DNA of 64,000 nucleotides from Octopus sinensis (taxonomy: Eukaryota), in NCBI RefSeq assembly GCF_006345805.1, contig NC_043015.1:49662001-49726000 (forward strand). Reading direction: 5' to 3'. Numbering within the stretch: the stretch's first letter is position 1; each line of letters begins with the position of its first letter. Below, in pieces: positions 11,174 to 22,929 of the stretch. The position numbers and the translations under genes were made by a program. The notes below the pieces were generated by a model that saw nothing but the letters and a program-made list of their open reading frames with translations, was not told the DNA's origin and searched no databases.

Positions 11174-12090
11174 AGGCGGCGAGCTGGCAGGAACGTTAGC
11201 ACGCCGTGCGAACTGCGTAGTCGTATTTCGTCTGCCATTACGTTCTGAGTTCAAATTCCGTCGAGGTCGACTTTGCCTTTCATCCTTTCGGGGTCGATAA
11301 ATTAAGTACTAGTTACGCACTGGGTCGATGTAATCGACTTAAATCCGTGTGTCTGTCCTTGATTGTCCTTTCTGTATTTAGCTCCTTGTGGGCAGTAAAG
11401 AAATAGGTAATTCGTCTGCCGCTTACATTTTGAGTTCAAATTCTGCCGAGGTCCACTTTGCCTTTCATCCTTTCGGGGTCGATAAATTAAGTACTAGTTA
11501 CGCACTGGGTCGATGTAATCGACTTAAATCCGTGTGTCTGTCCTTGATTGTCCTTTCTCTATTTAGCTCCTTGTGGGCAGTAAAGAAATAGGTAGTTCGT
11601 CTGCCGCTTACGTTTTGAGTTCAAATTCTGCCGAGGTCCACTTTGCCTTTCATCCTTTAGGGGTCGATAAATTAAGTACCAGTTACGCACTGGCTCGATG
11701 TAATCGACTTAATCCGTTTGTCTGTCCGTGTTTAGCCCCCTGTGGGTAGTAAAGAAATAGGTATTTCGTCTGCCGCTACGTTCTGAGTTCAAATTCCGCC
11801 GAGGTCGACTTCGCCTTTCATCCTTTCGGGGTTGATTAAATAAGTACCAGTTACACACCGGGGTCGATATAATCGACTTAATCCGTTTGTCTGTCCTTGT
11901 TTATCTTCTCTGTGTTTAGCTCCTTGTGGGTAGTAAAGAAATAGGTGTTTTGAGTTCAAATTCCGCCGAGGTCGACTTTGCCTTTCATCCTTTCGGGGTC
12001 GATAAATTAAGTACCAGTTACGCACTGGGGTCGATGTAATCGACTCATCCCCCCCGCCTAAAATGGCCGCCCTTGTGGCAAAATCTGAAA
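11174..12090 (+). mobile_element. SINE family A concatemer (one head, five body units)
   Basis: Unit starts near 11223, 11407, 11592, 11761 and 11945 (period about 170-185 bp). Confidence 0.88.
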
Positions 12091-13301
12091 CCATTATTAT
12101 CATTATTGCTATTTCTATTTACTGCAAATTTTTCGCCATCATTTGCGTTCTTATTAAGACTTTTGTGAGCAATTTCTCCTTTATTTCCTGTTTAGCGTAC
12201 ATTTTACGTTCGGGACATTTTCACAACACGGTTTCACCCTCCTCCCGCAATCGACTTTTCTGTTGGCAATTTGGCTAATTGATATTATACGATTCTCTGA
12301 GCTAAATTATATCGTTTGTGGCAAATGTACCTGACTGTAAATTAAATATTTCTCATTAATTTGATGCCATTTCTATCTAGATACGATTTCGGGGCTGTTT
12401 GTTTGTTTGTTTAACATTTGTAAAAGACCGTTGGGTGTTTCCAGTGGAGAAGGAAGACTGAAGACATATCTTAAATTGATGTAGCTGGTGTTGGATTTTC
12501 AATCCCGTCCGTCTACATTCTGGGTTCAAATTTCACTACGATCGACTTTACTACTTTTCGCTCTTCGTTGATAAAATAACTCCCCTAATATATACGGTGC
12601 CCACTTAATCCTTTCCTACAAAAAAAAATTGACTTCTGCTTAATCAAGAGAATGACCTTGACATTTCACTGCAATTAAATGGATCCTTTCCTCGACGTAT
12701 TAGTTAGGGGGAAAATATGAATGCCTTCCTGGGGCTAAAAACAACAGTAACGCCGTCTTCTATAGGACCGCCACATTTTGTTGACAAATATATTTTATGA
12801 ATAAACGGACAGGGATAAATAGACAGACAGACAAATAAATAAATGGATGAAAAAGTTCAAAATTTAAAATCACAGAAGGGGGTGAAATTTGCGCCCCTTA
12901 TTAAACTTTATAACATTAATTATTAAACTTTAATGTTTTTTCTCATAACAATGACTACAGGTTGTTGAATAACTGGTGTATTCATGGATTTACAACAGAA
13001 GTTGTGGTTTCTAATCCAGTGAGGGTTTTCCCCCAAATATATAATACTCTTCTTTTCACATCTATGTAGTCCCTTTATGTTTCACATATATAGCACTTAT
13101 GTTTTCACATACATGTAGTATCCTTGTAAGGTCGCGTGGCCTGGTGGTTATGATGTTTGCACTTACGATTGCAAGATTCTGGTTTTGATTCCTGGACCGG
13201 GGGTTTCGTTGTGTTCTTGAGCCAAACTCATCATTCTTCACGTTGGTTCACTCCACTCAGTTGTAAGCGAGTAACTGCATTGCGACGGACCTGCGTCCCG
13301 T

Positions 13302-13439
13302 CCAGATAGGTGCGTTGTGACTTCGGACACTTATTCGCCATGGAAACAGGTTGACCGATCCTATGAGTCCCCAGATAGGTGCGTTGTGACTTCGGACACT
13401 TATTCGCCATGGAAACAGGCTGACCGACCCTATGAGTCC
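13302..13439 (+). repeat. 69 bp direct tandem duplication at the 3' end of a family C SINE
   Basis: CCAGATAGGTGCG...ATGAGTCC starts at 13302 and at 13371, with 2 substitutions. Confidence 0.9.
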
Positions 13440-13869
13440 CAGGACACAAGACAATAATGTCCAGAGTATCTAAATTGTCACTGCGTGTATACCACATATT
13501 GATTTCAAATTTTAGCACAAGGCCAGCAATTTCCAGGGAAAGGGGTAAGTCGATTCCATCGACCCCCAAAGATCAACTGGTACTTATTTTATCGATCTTG
13601 TAAAGGATGAAAGGTAAAGTCGACTACACCGGAATTTGAACTGAGAATGCAAAGACGGACGAAATGCCGGTATGCATTTTGCCTGGTGCGCTAACGACTC
13701 TGCCACTTCGCCACCTTTTAAAGAATGAAAAGCAAAGTCGACCATGGCAGAATTTGAACTCAGAAATACCGCGAAGCGTTTTGCCTCATGCGCTAACGAC
13801 TCTGCCAACTTCACCGCCTCATACATGCTATGTAAAATAAATAAATAAATAAATAAATGCGCCCTTTTA

Positions 13870-14105
13870 AGGCCTAGCCAGGCTCATGGGACCGGTTTCC
13901 CTGTTTCAATGGCGTATGTGTTCCCCAGCTGGACGGGACGCCAATCCATCCCAGCGTTACTCATTTTTGCCAGCTGAGTGGACTGGAGCAACGTGAAATG
14001 AAGTGTTTTGCTCAAGAACACAACGCGTCCCCCGGTCCAGGAATCGAAACCACAATCTTACGAACATGGTGCTGACACCCTAACCACTAAGCCACGCGCC
14101 TCCAC
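13870..14105 (-). mobile_element. SINE family C variant
   Basis: Reverse-complement tRNA-like head (GGAGGCGCGTGGCTTAGTGGTTAGGG...GTTTCGATTCC). Confidence 0.75.
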
Positions 14106-14432
14106 CATACATGCATGCTTATGTACTATCATTCAATAAACGACTGAAAGCATTTGTTATATCTACTTCAGCTACTTATATCCGAACGAAGTGCGATACT
14201 TCTCCTCCCATTCGCCATGTCCCCGCTCCCTGCCTCACTTGACTTTCCCTCCAGCTCATTTCGTGATTCTATTTCCGTTTAACGTGGCAAACCACAAGAG
14301 TCGGTGAGGTTTTTTGTCACGAGACACACACACGACATGCAATCATAGTCCGCTCGTCCGACACTCTAATGACATCAGCCGGATTTCATCAAATCGCCCC
14401 ATATTGTCTTGTCTTCGAACAAGAGGTAACAA

Positions 14433-14670
14433 AGGCGGCGAGCTGGCAGACACGTTAGCGCGCCGGGCGAAATGCTTAGCGGTATTTCGTCTGTCTTTAC
14501 GTTCTGAGTTCAAATTCCGCCGAGGTCGACTTTGCCTTTCATCCTTTCGGGGTCGATAAATTAAGTACCAGTTACGCACTGGGGTCGATGTAACCGACTT
14601 AATCCGTGTGTCTGTTCTTGTTTGTCCCCTCTGTGTCTAGCTCGTTGTGGGTAGTAAAGAAATGGGTAAC
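14433..14670 (+). mobile_element. SINE family A monomer
   Basis: Head, B-box, body and tail intact. Confidence 0.85.
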
Positions 14671-16186
14671 AACAGTGGACGATGTAGGTTCCAGATAAGT
14701 ATAAAAGACGAGGTGGTCAAAGCTGGAATGTCTTTTAATCTTGTGTTGGTTCAGTTAACGCTGGCTTGGAGCTAAACAACAAGACCATGGATAAACAAAG
14801 AGGAGTAGTAGTAGTAGTAGTAGTAGTAGTAGCGGCGGTATATTACGTACCAGTAAAATACTGGGGTCGATGTAATCGACCAGTCCCCTCCCCTCAAATA
14901 AGGATTATTATTATCATTATCATTCTTCTTCTTCTTATTATTATTATTATTATTGTAAAGCCTCGTTCTTATTCTATCAGTCTTTTTTTGCTGAACCGCT
15001 AACTTGCAGGGTCGTAAACACACCCACACCGGTCCCCCCTATCTCTCTCTCTCTTTCTATATATATATATATATATATCCGGTCAGTATACGATATTGAG
15101 GATACCTCGTTGGCAGTATTATTATTATTATTGTTAGTAGTAGTAGTAGCAGCAGCAGAGGTCATGATATATTTGCATATATGTATATATATATATTTTT
15201 TTTTTTTTTTATTCTAAGGCTTCAGTTCTGCTGAAGTCTCTTCACTTTGCTCCCAAGAATTCTAAGGTTGATCGAATAAAGAACAATAACATTCTAAAAA
15301 TTTAAAGAAAAAAAAAAGAGTGAGGGGTAGGGGTGTATATTTTCTTGCCTCTTGCTACCCATTCCACCTTTTAAAATGTGTTCCTCTCTAACAACTCAAG
15401 ACTTTTTCCAATATTTCCTTCCAGAAATTAAATGCGGCACTTAAAGAGAAAGGAAAGTTTTATTTCCAGAAAGCCAAGACGAATATTCGTCGAATGGTAA
15501 GAAGTAATTGTGAAACGTGTGCGCATGCGTGTGTTTATGCATGTGTGTGTGTGTGTGTGTGTGTGTTATCGTAAACCTGATATGAGCGACCTATCTTTGA
15601 GAAGCGAGTCGCATGTGACATAACTCAACAAGTGGACCGCACTGTGCCAGTCCGAAAGTCCCGCGGGCCGCAGGTTGTCCGTGACTCGTTGTGAAAGTAA
15701 AAGTTATTTCATTACCATTTCTGTCCAAGAATTCCTGTCTGTCTGAAGTGTCAGGAGCTTTCAACCCTTGCGATTTATAAACTTACTAATGTACCAACAC
15801 AGTCACTCGGGTTGCATTACGTATGGCCCGGGGCAAATGTCTCACTGTAGCACATCCTTGCCGACCACAACCTTGGGAGTGGATTTCGTCGACGGAAACT
15901 GAAAGAAGCCCGTCGTATACATTGTGTGTGCGCGTATATATCAGTGTATTTTTGTCCGTGTTTTAGTCAGTTATGTTGAGGCGTTGGTCGATTGTGATGA
16001 TGTAATGGTGCGCCATATGGAAAGCCTGCGTGTCCTGTTTGATATTCGTATTTTATTTCTGTTTGAAATTGGTTCTTATGTTTTCCTTCCTTCTTTCTTC
16101 CTTCCTTCCTTCCTCTCTCTCTCTCTCTCTCTTTCACACATACATGTTTATAAATAAATTCTAACTTTTACTTTCTCTTTATTCAG

Positions 16187-16229
16187 GCAGAAGAACTCAA
16201 ACGAAAAGCTGTAATGAGATCCATTCTTT
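16187..16229 (+). CDS. BCOR: BCOR homolog small internal exon (AEELKRKAVMRSIL)
   Basis: Acceptor CTTTCTCTTTATTCAG, donor T|GTAAGT, 43 nt, phase 0 to 1. This is the phase needed to link exon 7213 (phase 0) to exon 18057 (phase 1). Confidence 0.7.
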
Positions 16230-17289
16230 GTAAGTAAACGCACGTACGTGGTGGTGGTGATGGTTGTTGTTGTTGTTGTTATTCATGATAATGCAGAAAG
16301 ATAATATTGTTAAGCTCACGCCAGCCTCGAGTCTACAGACCCCATGATCAATGGCGTTTTAGCAGTGACAAACACGTGATTTCTAATGATATCGATTATT
16401 ACATTATCAAATGAGTTCATTATTTATTTTATGATAGGGCGGGTGGGAAGTCGTGGGGGGGGCAGAAGATCCATCATTTAATGGCCTTAATTTTCAAAAC
16501 TATTTTCAATTTTTAGTCTCTGTAAATCATTTGGTTATATTAATGGCCGAAATGTACCGGCATTCCATATCGCATTGATAAAATGATTTAACTGCAAGAA
16601 GTCTTTTAATGGTGATCAGCCTGTCGGCAGTAATGTTTTCTGCTGTATTTAAACTGTGTCCTGAGGGAGCCCTTGAAAGAGAGTTAGTGATGATAACAAT
16701 AATAATAAGGGGTGTGTTAATTCACAAAATTTGAAAAGCATTTCATTAGACTTTCATTCTCGTATCTTCTGAAATCATCAATCACAATTGGTGATAGTAT
16801 TCGTTTCAGATTTTGGCACAGGGCCACCAATTTCGGGGCGGCAGTGGGGGGGGGGGGTGATGGCGTAAGTCGATTGCATCGATCCCAGTGATCAACGAGT
16901 ATTTATTTCATCGACCCTGAACGGACGAAAGGTTAAAAAGTCGATTCCGGTGGTATTTGAACTCAGAACGCGAAGACAAACGATATGCCGCTAAGCATTT
17001 TGCTGGCGTGTTAACGATTCTGCCATTCGCTGCCTTATGTTTCATCAAATATTATCATTAAGCGTAAAGGGGCAAACTGGCAGAATCGTTAGCACGCCGG
17101 GCAACATGCTCAGTGGCATTTCGTCTGTCTTTACGTTCTGAGTTCAAATTCCGCCGTGGCCGTCTTTTCCCTTTCATCTTTCCGAAGCTGATAAAGTAAA
17201 TAATAGGGCCAATGTATTCGACTTACTCACTCTCCCGAAATTGCTGGCCTTGTGCCAAAATTTGAAATTAATATTTGATTCATTTAGAG

Positions 17290-17468
17290 CAGTGCTTTTC
17301 AAACTTTTTGCTGGAGCGGAACCCCAAGGAAACATTCCACTGGCTCGAGGAACACCTGTGCAATAATTTAATTGTCTTATGCACACATATCTGCATAGGA
17401 GAATTAAAAATTACTGCCGATTTTAGCAGTTTTGTAACTTCTTGCGGAACCCTGGTTGAAAACCACTG
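17290..17468. mobile_element. hAT (Charlie-like) MITE, 179 bp
   Basis: TIRs CAGTGCTTTTCAAAC / GGTTGAAAACCACTG; perfect 8 bp TSD ATTTAGAG at 17282-17289 and 17469-17476. Confidence 0.9.
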
Positions 17469-17622
17469 ATTTAGAGTATAACCATCCAGATTTTTCTTTA
17501 AAAAAATCACTAATCCGGCATGGCTTTGGAATCAAACTTTTTAGAAAATCAGTGTATTAGATTTTGCTTTGCTTGTCTTGATTTTTTTTTTTTTGTGTAT
17601 TTAATTTCATTTTTATAGCGTA

Positions 17623-18011
17623 CTAGCAGTATCGCCCGGCGTTGCTCGGGTTTGTAAGGGAAATAACTATAAAGCATTTTTAGAGAGTTATAGCCAAAAA
17701 ATAGCAGAAAAAATGATGGTAAATTTTTTTTTTTTTAGTTAAAAAGGTCGAGTTGCGTCCCCTAGACAGTCTGTGGTTTGTGTTTCTGATTCTCGACCCC
17801 ATGTTGAATTTATCGATTTTTTTCAGAACTGGGGGAACTTTTCAAAATTTTCGCTGCGTTAGTTTTGAATTATGACATTGGGCTATGTGTGTGTCAAGTT
17901 TCATCAGAATCGGTTGAAAGCCGTGGTCAGGGTGAGGGTACAACCTAACAGACACGCAGACAGACCTAACAGACACACAGACAGACAAACTGCCGTTTAT
18001 ATAGAGAGAGA
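17623..18011 (-). mobile_element. Non-autonomous Helitron, 389 bp
   Basis: On the minus strand: A|TC 5' end, (TCTG)n tract, CCCG/CGGG hairpin 8 nt before a CTAG|T 3' end, no TSD. These are canonical Helitron termini. Confidence 0.7.
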
Positions 18012-18056
18012 TTTTGAAAGAATGTTTTTATAAATTTACATTTTTATTTATTGCAG

Positions 18057-18616
18057 ACAAAAGAACGTTTTGTCAAGATGTCAGCAACGAACTGGTGGAA
18101 AGTCAGTCGAAGAAGCAAGAGCGTAGTATTGTTACAAGAGCTAGCACTCGTAAGTCTTCGTCACAAGAGCATCAACTCTGTCTTCGGCCAAGGGCCGCGA
18201 GACCGGAACGCGGGGCTCTTATCGAAAAAGACAGCGAAGAAGAAGAGAGTTTGCCGGGTTGTTGGGAGATCGAGAGCAACAGCCCCGCCTTGAAGCTTCG
18301 CAGGAAAGCGAACAGCTCGAACGCCAGTACAAGTGGCAGCTCAGGTAAGAAGCGAGGTGGTCTAATGATGACCCTGCATTGGAGACCTAAACGCCTCTCG
18401 CACAAGTACCACGTTGCTGATCGAAGGACGTATCGAATGTTATCGTATTACCCGGCTCATGCTCTTTCTCTCCGAAGTAAGCTTTTCCCAAAACGATATG
18501 GTTCACGAAATATCCAGTGGACAGAGCTACGGCGGATACGAGCGTCGTCTGCACTGCGCTTGCGCAGGAGACTACAGCATTCAAATGAATCTCGTGATGA
18601 AGAAACAGAAAGTGGG
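18057..18616 (+). CDS. BCOR: BCOR homolog internal exon (S/R/K-rich linker before the ankyrin domain)
   Basis: Acceptor TTTATTTATTGCAG, open frame throughout (ORF 18014-18643), donor GGG|GTAAGA at 18617 followed by an abrupt switch to AT-rich sequence. Phase 1 to 0, compatible with both neighbours. Confidence 0.7.
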
Positions 18617-19304
18617 GTAAGACTTTTAAATTTTTATTCATGAAGAAACGTATTGGGTTTTCAGATAAATCTGTTCGTTTTTATCCCCCTCTACTAGGCA
18701 TTGCATCGTCTGAGAAGAGTTAAAATTTATTCAAATTTCAAAAGCGATTAATAAATGTCGTAGAGAGACGATGATGTTTTTTTTTTTTTTTCTTAATTCA
18801 AATGACATCGGAATGGATTAAAATAAATGGAAAAGGGGAAAAAAAACGAATCAAAAGATTTATCTGACATCCCAAAATCTCTATATTTTATCAAGTATTT
18901 TTTTTCCGTCGTCTGGATACTGTCATGGGTCGGACAGGTATACAAATTCTGCTACTTGCACACGTATATTCAGCGTCCGAGTATTTGTTATCACTTGCAG
19001 AGTACGCTACACAAATTCTATCGTTTGCCCATACGCACATTGAAGTCAAATATACATATACATATAAACACGCGGGTACACTACATCTATTCCATTCATC
19101 GTATTATTGTCTTATTCAATTTATTACTATGGCGTGGATGGCCCGTGTGAATGGACCTACTCTGAACATACACTTGTGAGTCGAAGGGGTTGAGAAAGTG
19201 TGAAGTGGTGGTCGGAGGGACCAAGATGTATGAGGTATCGTGATTGACCCCGAGAGGAACTACTCCCTTTTGAGGAGATTCGATTTTAAATTTTTGTTAA
19301 TTCA

Positions 19305-19580
19305 TCATCATCGTCGTCTTCGTTTAGCGTCCGCTTTCCATGCTAGCACAGGTTGGACGGTTCGACCTGGGAAGCCAGAAGGCTGCACCAGGCCCAGTCT
19401 GATCTGGCAATGTTTCTACGGTTGGATGCCCTTCCTAACGCCAACCACTCCGTGAGTGTAGTGGGTGCTTTTTACGTGCCACCGGTACAGGTGCCAGACG
19501 AGGCTGGCAAACGGACACGATCGGATGGTGCTTTTTGCGTGCCACCGGCACGGGGGCCAGGCGAGGCTGTACGCGAATAT
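19305..19580 (-). mobile_element. RTE-type retroelement 3' tail
   Basis: Reverse complement of GTTGGCGTTAGGAAGGGCATCC...GGAAAGCGGACG with (GAT)n tail. Confidence 0.7.
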
Positions 19581-19901
19581 TGTGCTAACTCCGCTTGCCT
19601 CTTAACAGCATTTCGTCCGTCTTTACGTTCTGAGTTCAAATTCCGCCGAGGTTGACTTTACCTTTCATGCTTTCGACGTCGATAAATTAAGTACTAGTGA
19701 AACACTGGGGTCGATCTATTCGACTAGTCCCCGGTCCCAACATTTCAGGCCAAGTGCATTTTAGTAGAAAGGATTATAACTATTAAGGCAGCGAGCTTGG
19801 CAGAATCATTCGCACGCTGGGAAAATATACTAAACAATATAAATTAGTCAAGACTATTGAAAATGTTGCAAGACGCAACGAAAATTTTAGGAAAATAAAA
19901 A

Positions 19902-20142
19902 GGTAAAATTACAGATTAACACCCGCACGATTTTCACGAAGATAAAAAAAAAATCGGATTTTTTGCGTGGAATCAAGTACCCTGACCTCCTAATATGCTG
20001 GAAATACCATATTTAGTTAAATGATTTTTTGCGTGGAATTTACAGCATATTACGCGGTCACAGTACTTGATTCCACGCAAATAATCAGTTTTTGGGGGTT
20101 TTTTTAGTGAAAATCATGCGGGTGTTAATCTGTAATTTTACC
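19902..20142. mobile_element. MITE with 36 bp TIRs and internal inverted repeats, 241 bp
   Basis: GGTAAAATTACAGATTAACACCCGCACGATTTTCAC is mirrored (35/36) at the right end; inner TGCGTGGAATCAAGTAC/GTACTTGATTCCACGCA pair. TSD unclear. Confidence 0.8.
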
Positions 20143-20620
20143 AATAAAGGTAATAAGTGGAAATTTTACCGGTGAGTGTGTTACATTATAAAGCACAAAA
20201 AGAAAATGACTCTCCCCAGAAACAACAGAATATGCTTCAACACACGAACTCATATAAAGAATCTTGCAAACCAAATCCAAAAATGAGATGTAAGTTAATT
20301 TTCATTAGATAGAACGTTAACCTTTGAAATGGGAAAATGTCAGCTGTTCAATGATATGCTAGTCTCTCTTGTACTCGGTTACCGAGTGCGCTGCACTCGT
20401 GGGTCGAATAGGTATACAAATTCGCCTGCTTATAGCTAATGTGTGGAGTGGTACAATGTACAAGTAATATCGTATTCAACTCGCCATCTATGTCTTGTGT
20501 CTCTGTACGCCGTTCATGCAACGTAGAACATGTCTGCGACGTGTACTTACGTAATTGAGTATTGAGCTGTTCAATAATATGGTAGGAATATTGAGTAGGC
20601 AATTACAGAGAATACCGTAC

Positions 20621-21004
20621 TGGAAGCACTCCGTCGGTTACGACGACGAGGGTTCCGGTTGATCCGATCAACGGAACAGCCTGTTCGTGAAATTAACGTG
20701 TAAGTGGCTGAGCACTCCACAGACACGTGTACCCTTAACGTAGTTCTCGGGGATATTCAGCGTGACACAGAGAGTGACAAGGCCGGACCTTTGAAATACA
20801 GGTACAACAGAAACAGGAAGTAAGAGTGAGAGAAAGTTGTGGTGAAAGAGTACAACAGGGATCACCACCATCCCCTGCCGGAGCCTCGTGGAGCTTTAGG
20901 TGTTTTCGCTCAATAAACACTCACAACGCCCGGTCTGGGAATCGAAACCGCGATCCTACGACCGCGAGTCCGCTGCCCTAACCACTGGGCCATTGCGCCT
21001 CCAC
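20621..21004 (-). mobile_element. SINE family C, full length, with about 13 bp TSD
   Basis: tRNA-like head GTGGAGGCGCAATGGCCCAGTGGTTAGGG...GTTTCGATTCCC; flanks GAGAATACCGTAC / GAGAATACCGAAC. Confidence 0.9.
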
Positions 21005-21109
21005 TGAGAATACCGAACACACATACATACGCAAGAGTATACACTTGTACAATCCAACCTGACAATCCGTTTCTTCTCCTTGGTGTTTACATCTTGGTCA
21101 GATAGGCAA

Positions 21110-21910
21110 CAAGCTGACGGAATCGTTATAACGCCTAGTGAAACGCTTTGCCCGCATTTCGTCCGTCGTCCTTACGTTCTGAGTTCAAATTCCGCTGAGG
21201 TCGACTTTGCTTTTTATCCTTTCGGGGGTTCGATGAAATAAATACCAGTTACGCACTTGGGTCGACGTATTCGACTTAACTATCCCCCAAAATTTCAGGA
21301 CCTGTGCCTATAGTAGAAAGGATTATTATTATTATTATTAGCACGCTGGACATTTCGTCCGTCGTCCTTACGTTCTGAGTTCAAATTCCGCGGAGGTCGA
21401 CTTTGCTTTTTATCCTTTCGGGGGTCGATGAAATAAGTACCAGTTATGCACTGGGGTGGACTTAACTATCTCCCCAAATTTCAGGCCTTGTGTCCTATAG
21501 TAGAAAGGAGTATTATTATTATTGTTGTTGTTGTTGTTAGCAAGCCGGGCATTTCATACGTACTTACTTTCTGAGTTCAAATTCCGTTGGGGTCGATGAA
21601 ATAAGTACCAGTTACACACTGGGGTCGACGTATTCGACTATCCCCCTCCCCCTAAATTCCAGGCCTTGTGTCCTATAGTAGAACGAATTACTATTATTAT
21701 TATTATTATTATTAAGGCAGTGGGGTGGCAGGGTCGTTAGCGCACCAAGCAGAATGCTCAGCGGCATTTCGTCCATCTTTACGTTCTGAGTTCGAATTCC
21801 GCCGAGGTCGTTTTTGCCTTTTTATCCTTTGGAGGTCGATCAAATAAATACCAGTTGAACACTGGTGTCGATGTAATCGACCGACTTACCCCCCCCCCTC
21901 CTCGAAATTG
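21110..21910 (+). mobile_element. Cluster of degraded family A SINE units
   Basis: At least four GAGTTC(A/G)AATTCC B-box bodies separated by (ATT)n tails. Confidence 0.75.
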
Positions 21911-22542
21911 CTGGCCTTGCGCCAGAATTTGAAACTGATATTATGTGGGTCAGATGCTTCTTTTCTGGTTTTCTCGGTTTATAATCAGTGTTTTGTTGTA
22001 TTATTCTTCGTTGAAATAAATTCCAGGCCAACAGAATACCTCGCAACAATACCTAACACATCATATGAGGTAAACAAACTATTATACAATACAATGAAGT
22101 TACGTTAGTGTTAAACGTATTTAATGCGGGGAGCATAAGAATAAAAAAGAGAACTGACTAGAATTATAAACTTAATCATTGATAATATAAACCGACAAAA
22201 CAAATAAACATCTGACCCACAGATTTTCAATATGAATATGTGTATACCCGCGCGCGTGAGTGTATATATGTGTGTGTGTGTGTGTGTGTGTGGTGTTTTC
22301 TGTGTACAGTGCCTACGAGATGTATAATATATCTGTCCTCTTTTGTAGCCAATTATAATGTCGTTTATTGTAAAGTTAATTAATAAAAACAACAATGAGA
22401 AAAACTGAACGTGGCTATCAGGTGCAATGGTGCGAAGTACGTACAGCAGGATCTTTACCTTAAATTACAATTTTCTCAAGAAAGCCAAGAGAAAAAAAAT
22501 GTTTTATTTTGACACATTCTACCACCCTTTAGTGTTCGCATT

Positions 22543-22929
22543 TGTGGAAGCACTCCGTCGGTTACGACGACGAGGGTTCCGGTTGATCCGAATCAACGGA
22601 ACAGCCTGCTCGTGAAATTAACGTGTAAGTGGCTGAGCACTCCACAGACACGTGTACCCTTAACGTAGTTCTCGGGGATGTTCAGCGTGACACAGAGAGT
22701 GACAAGGCCGGCCCTTTGAAATACAGGTACAACAGAAACAGGAAGTAAGAGTGAGAGAAAGTTGTGGTGAAAGAGTACAGCAGGGATCACCACCATCCCC
22801 TGCCGGAGCCTCGTGGAGCTTTAGGTGTTTTCGCTCAATAAACACTCACAACGCCCGGTCTGGGAATCGAAACCGCGATCCTATGACTGCGAGTCCGCTG
22901 CCCTAACCACTGGGCCATTGCGCCTCCAC
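22543..22929 (-). mobile_element. SINE family C, full length, with 12 bp TSD
   Basis: Near-identical to 20621-21004; perfect TSD AGTGTTCGCATT at 22531-22542 and 22930-22941. Confidence 0.92.

Noticed and set aside
11174-12090. Regular about 185 bp array resembling a CRISPR or satellite
   Set aside because: Units are whole SINE bodies with no unique spacers; eukaryotic context; no cas genes.
20940-21004. tRNA gene-like sequences (also heads of families A and B)
   Set aside because: They continue into SINE bodies with tails and TSDs; no complete cloverleaf was established.
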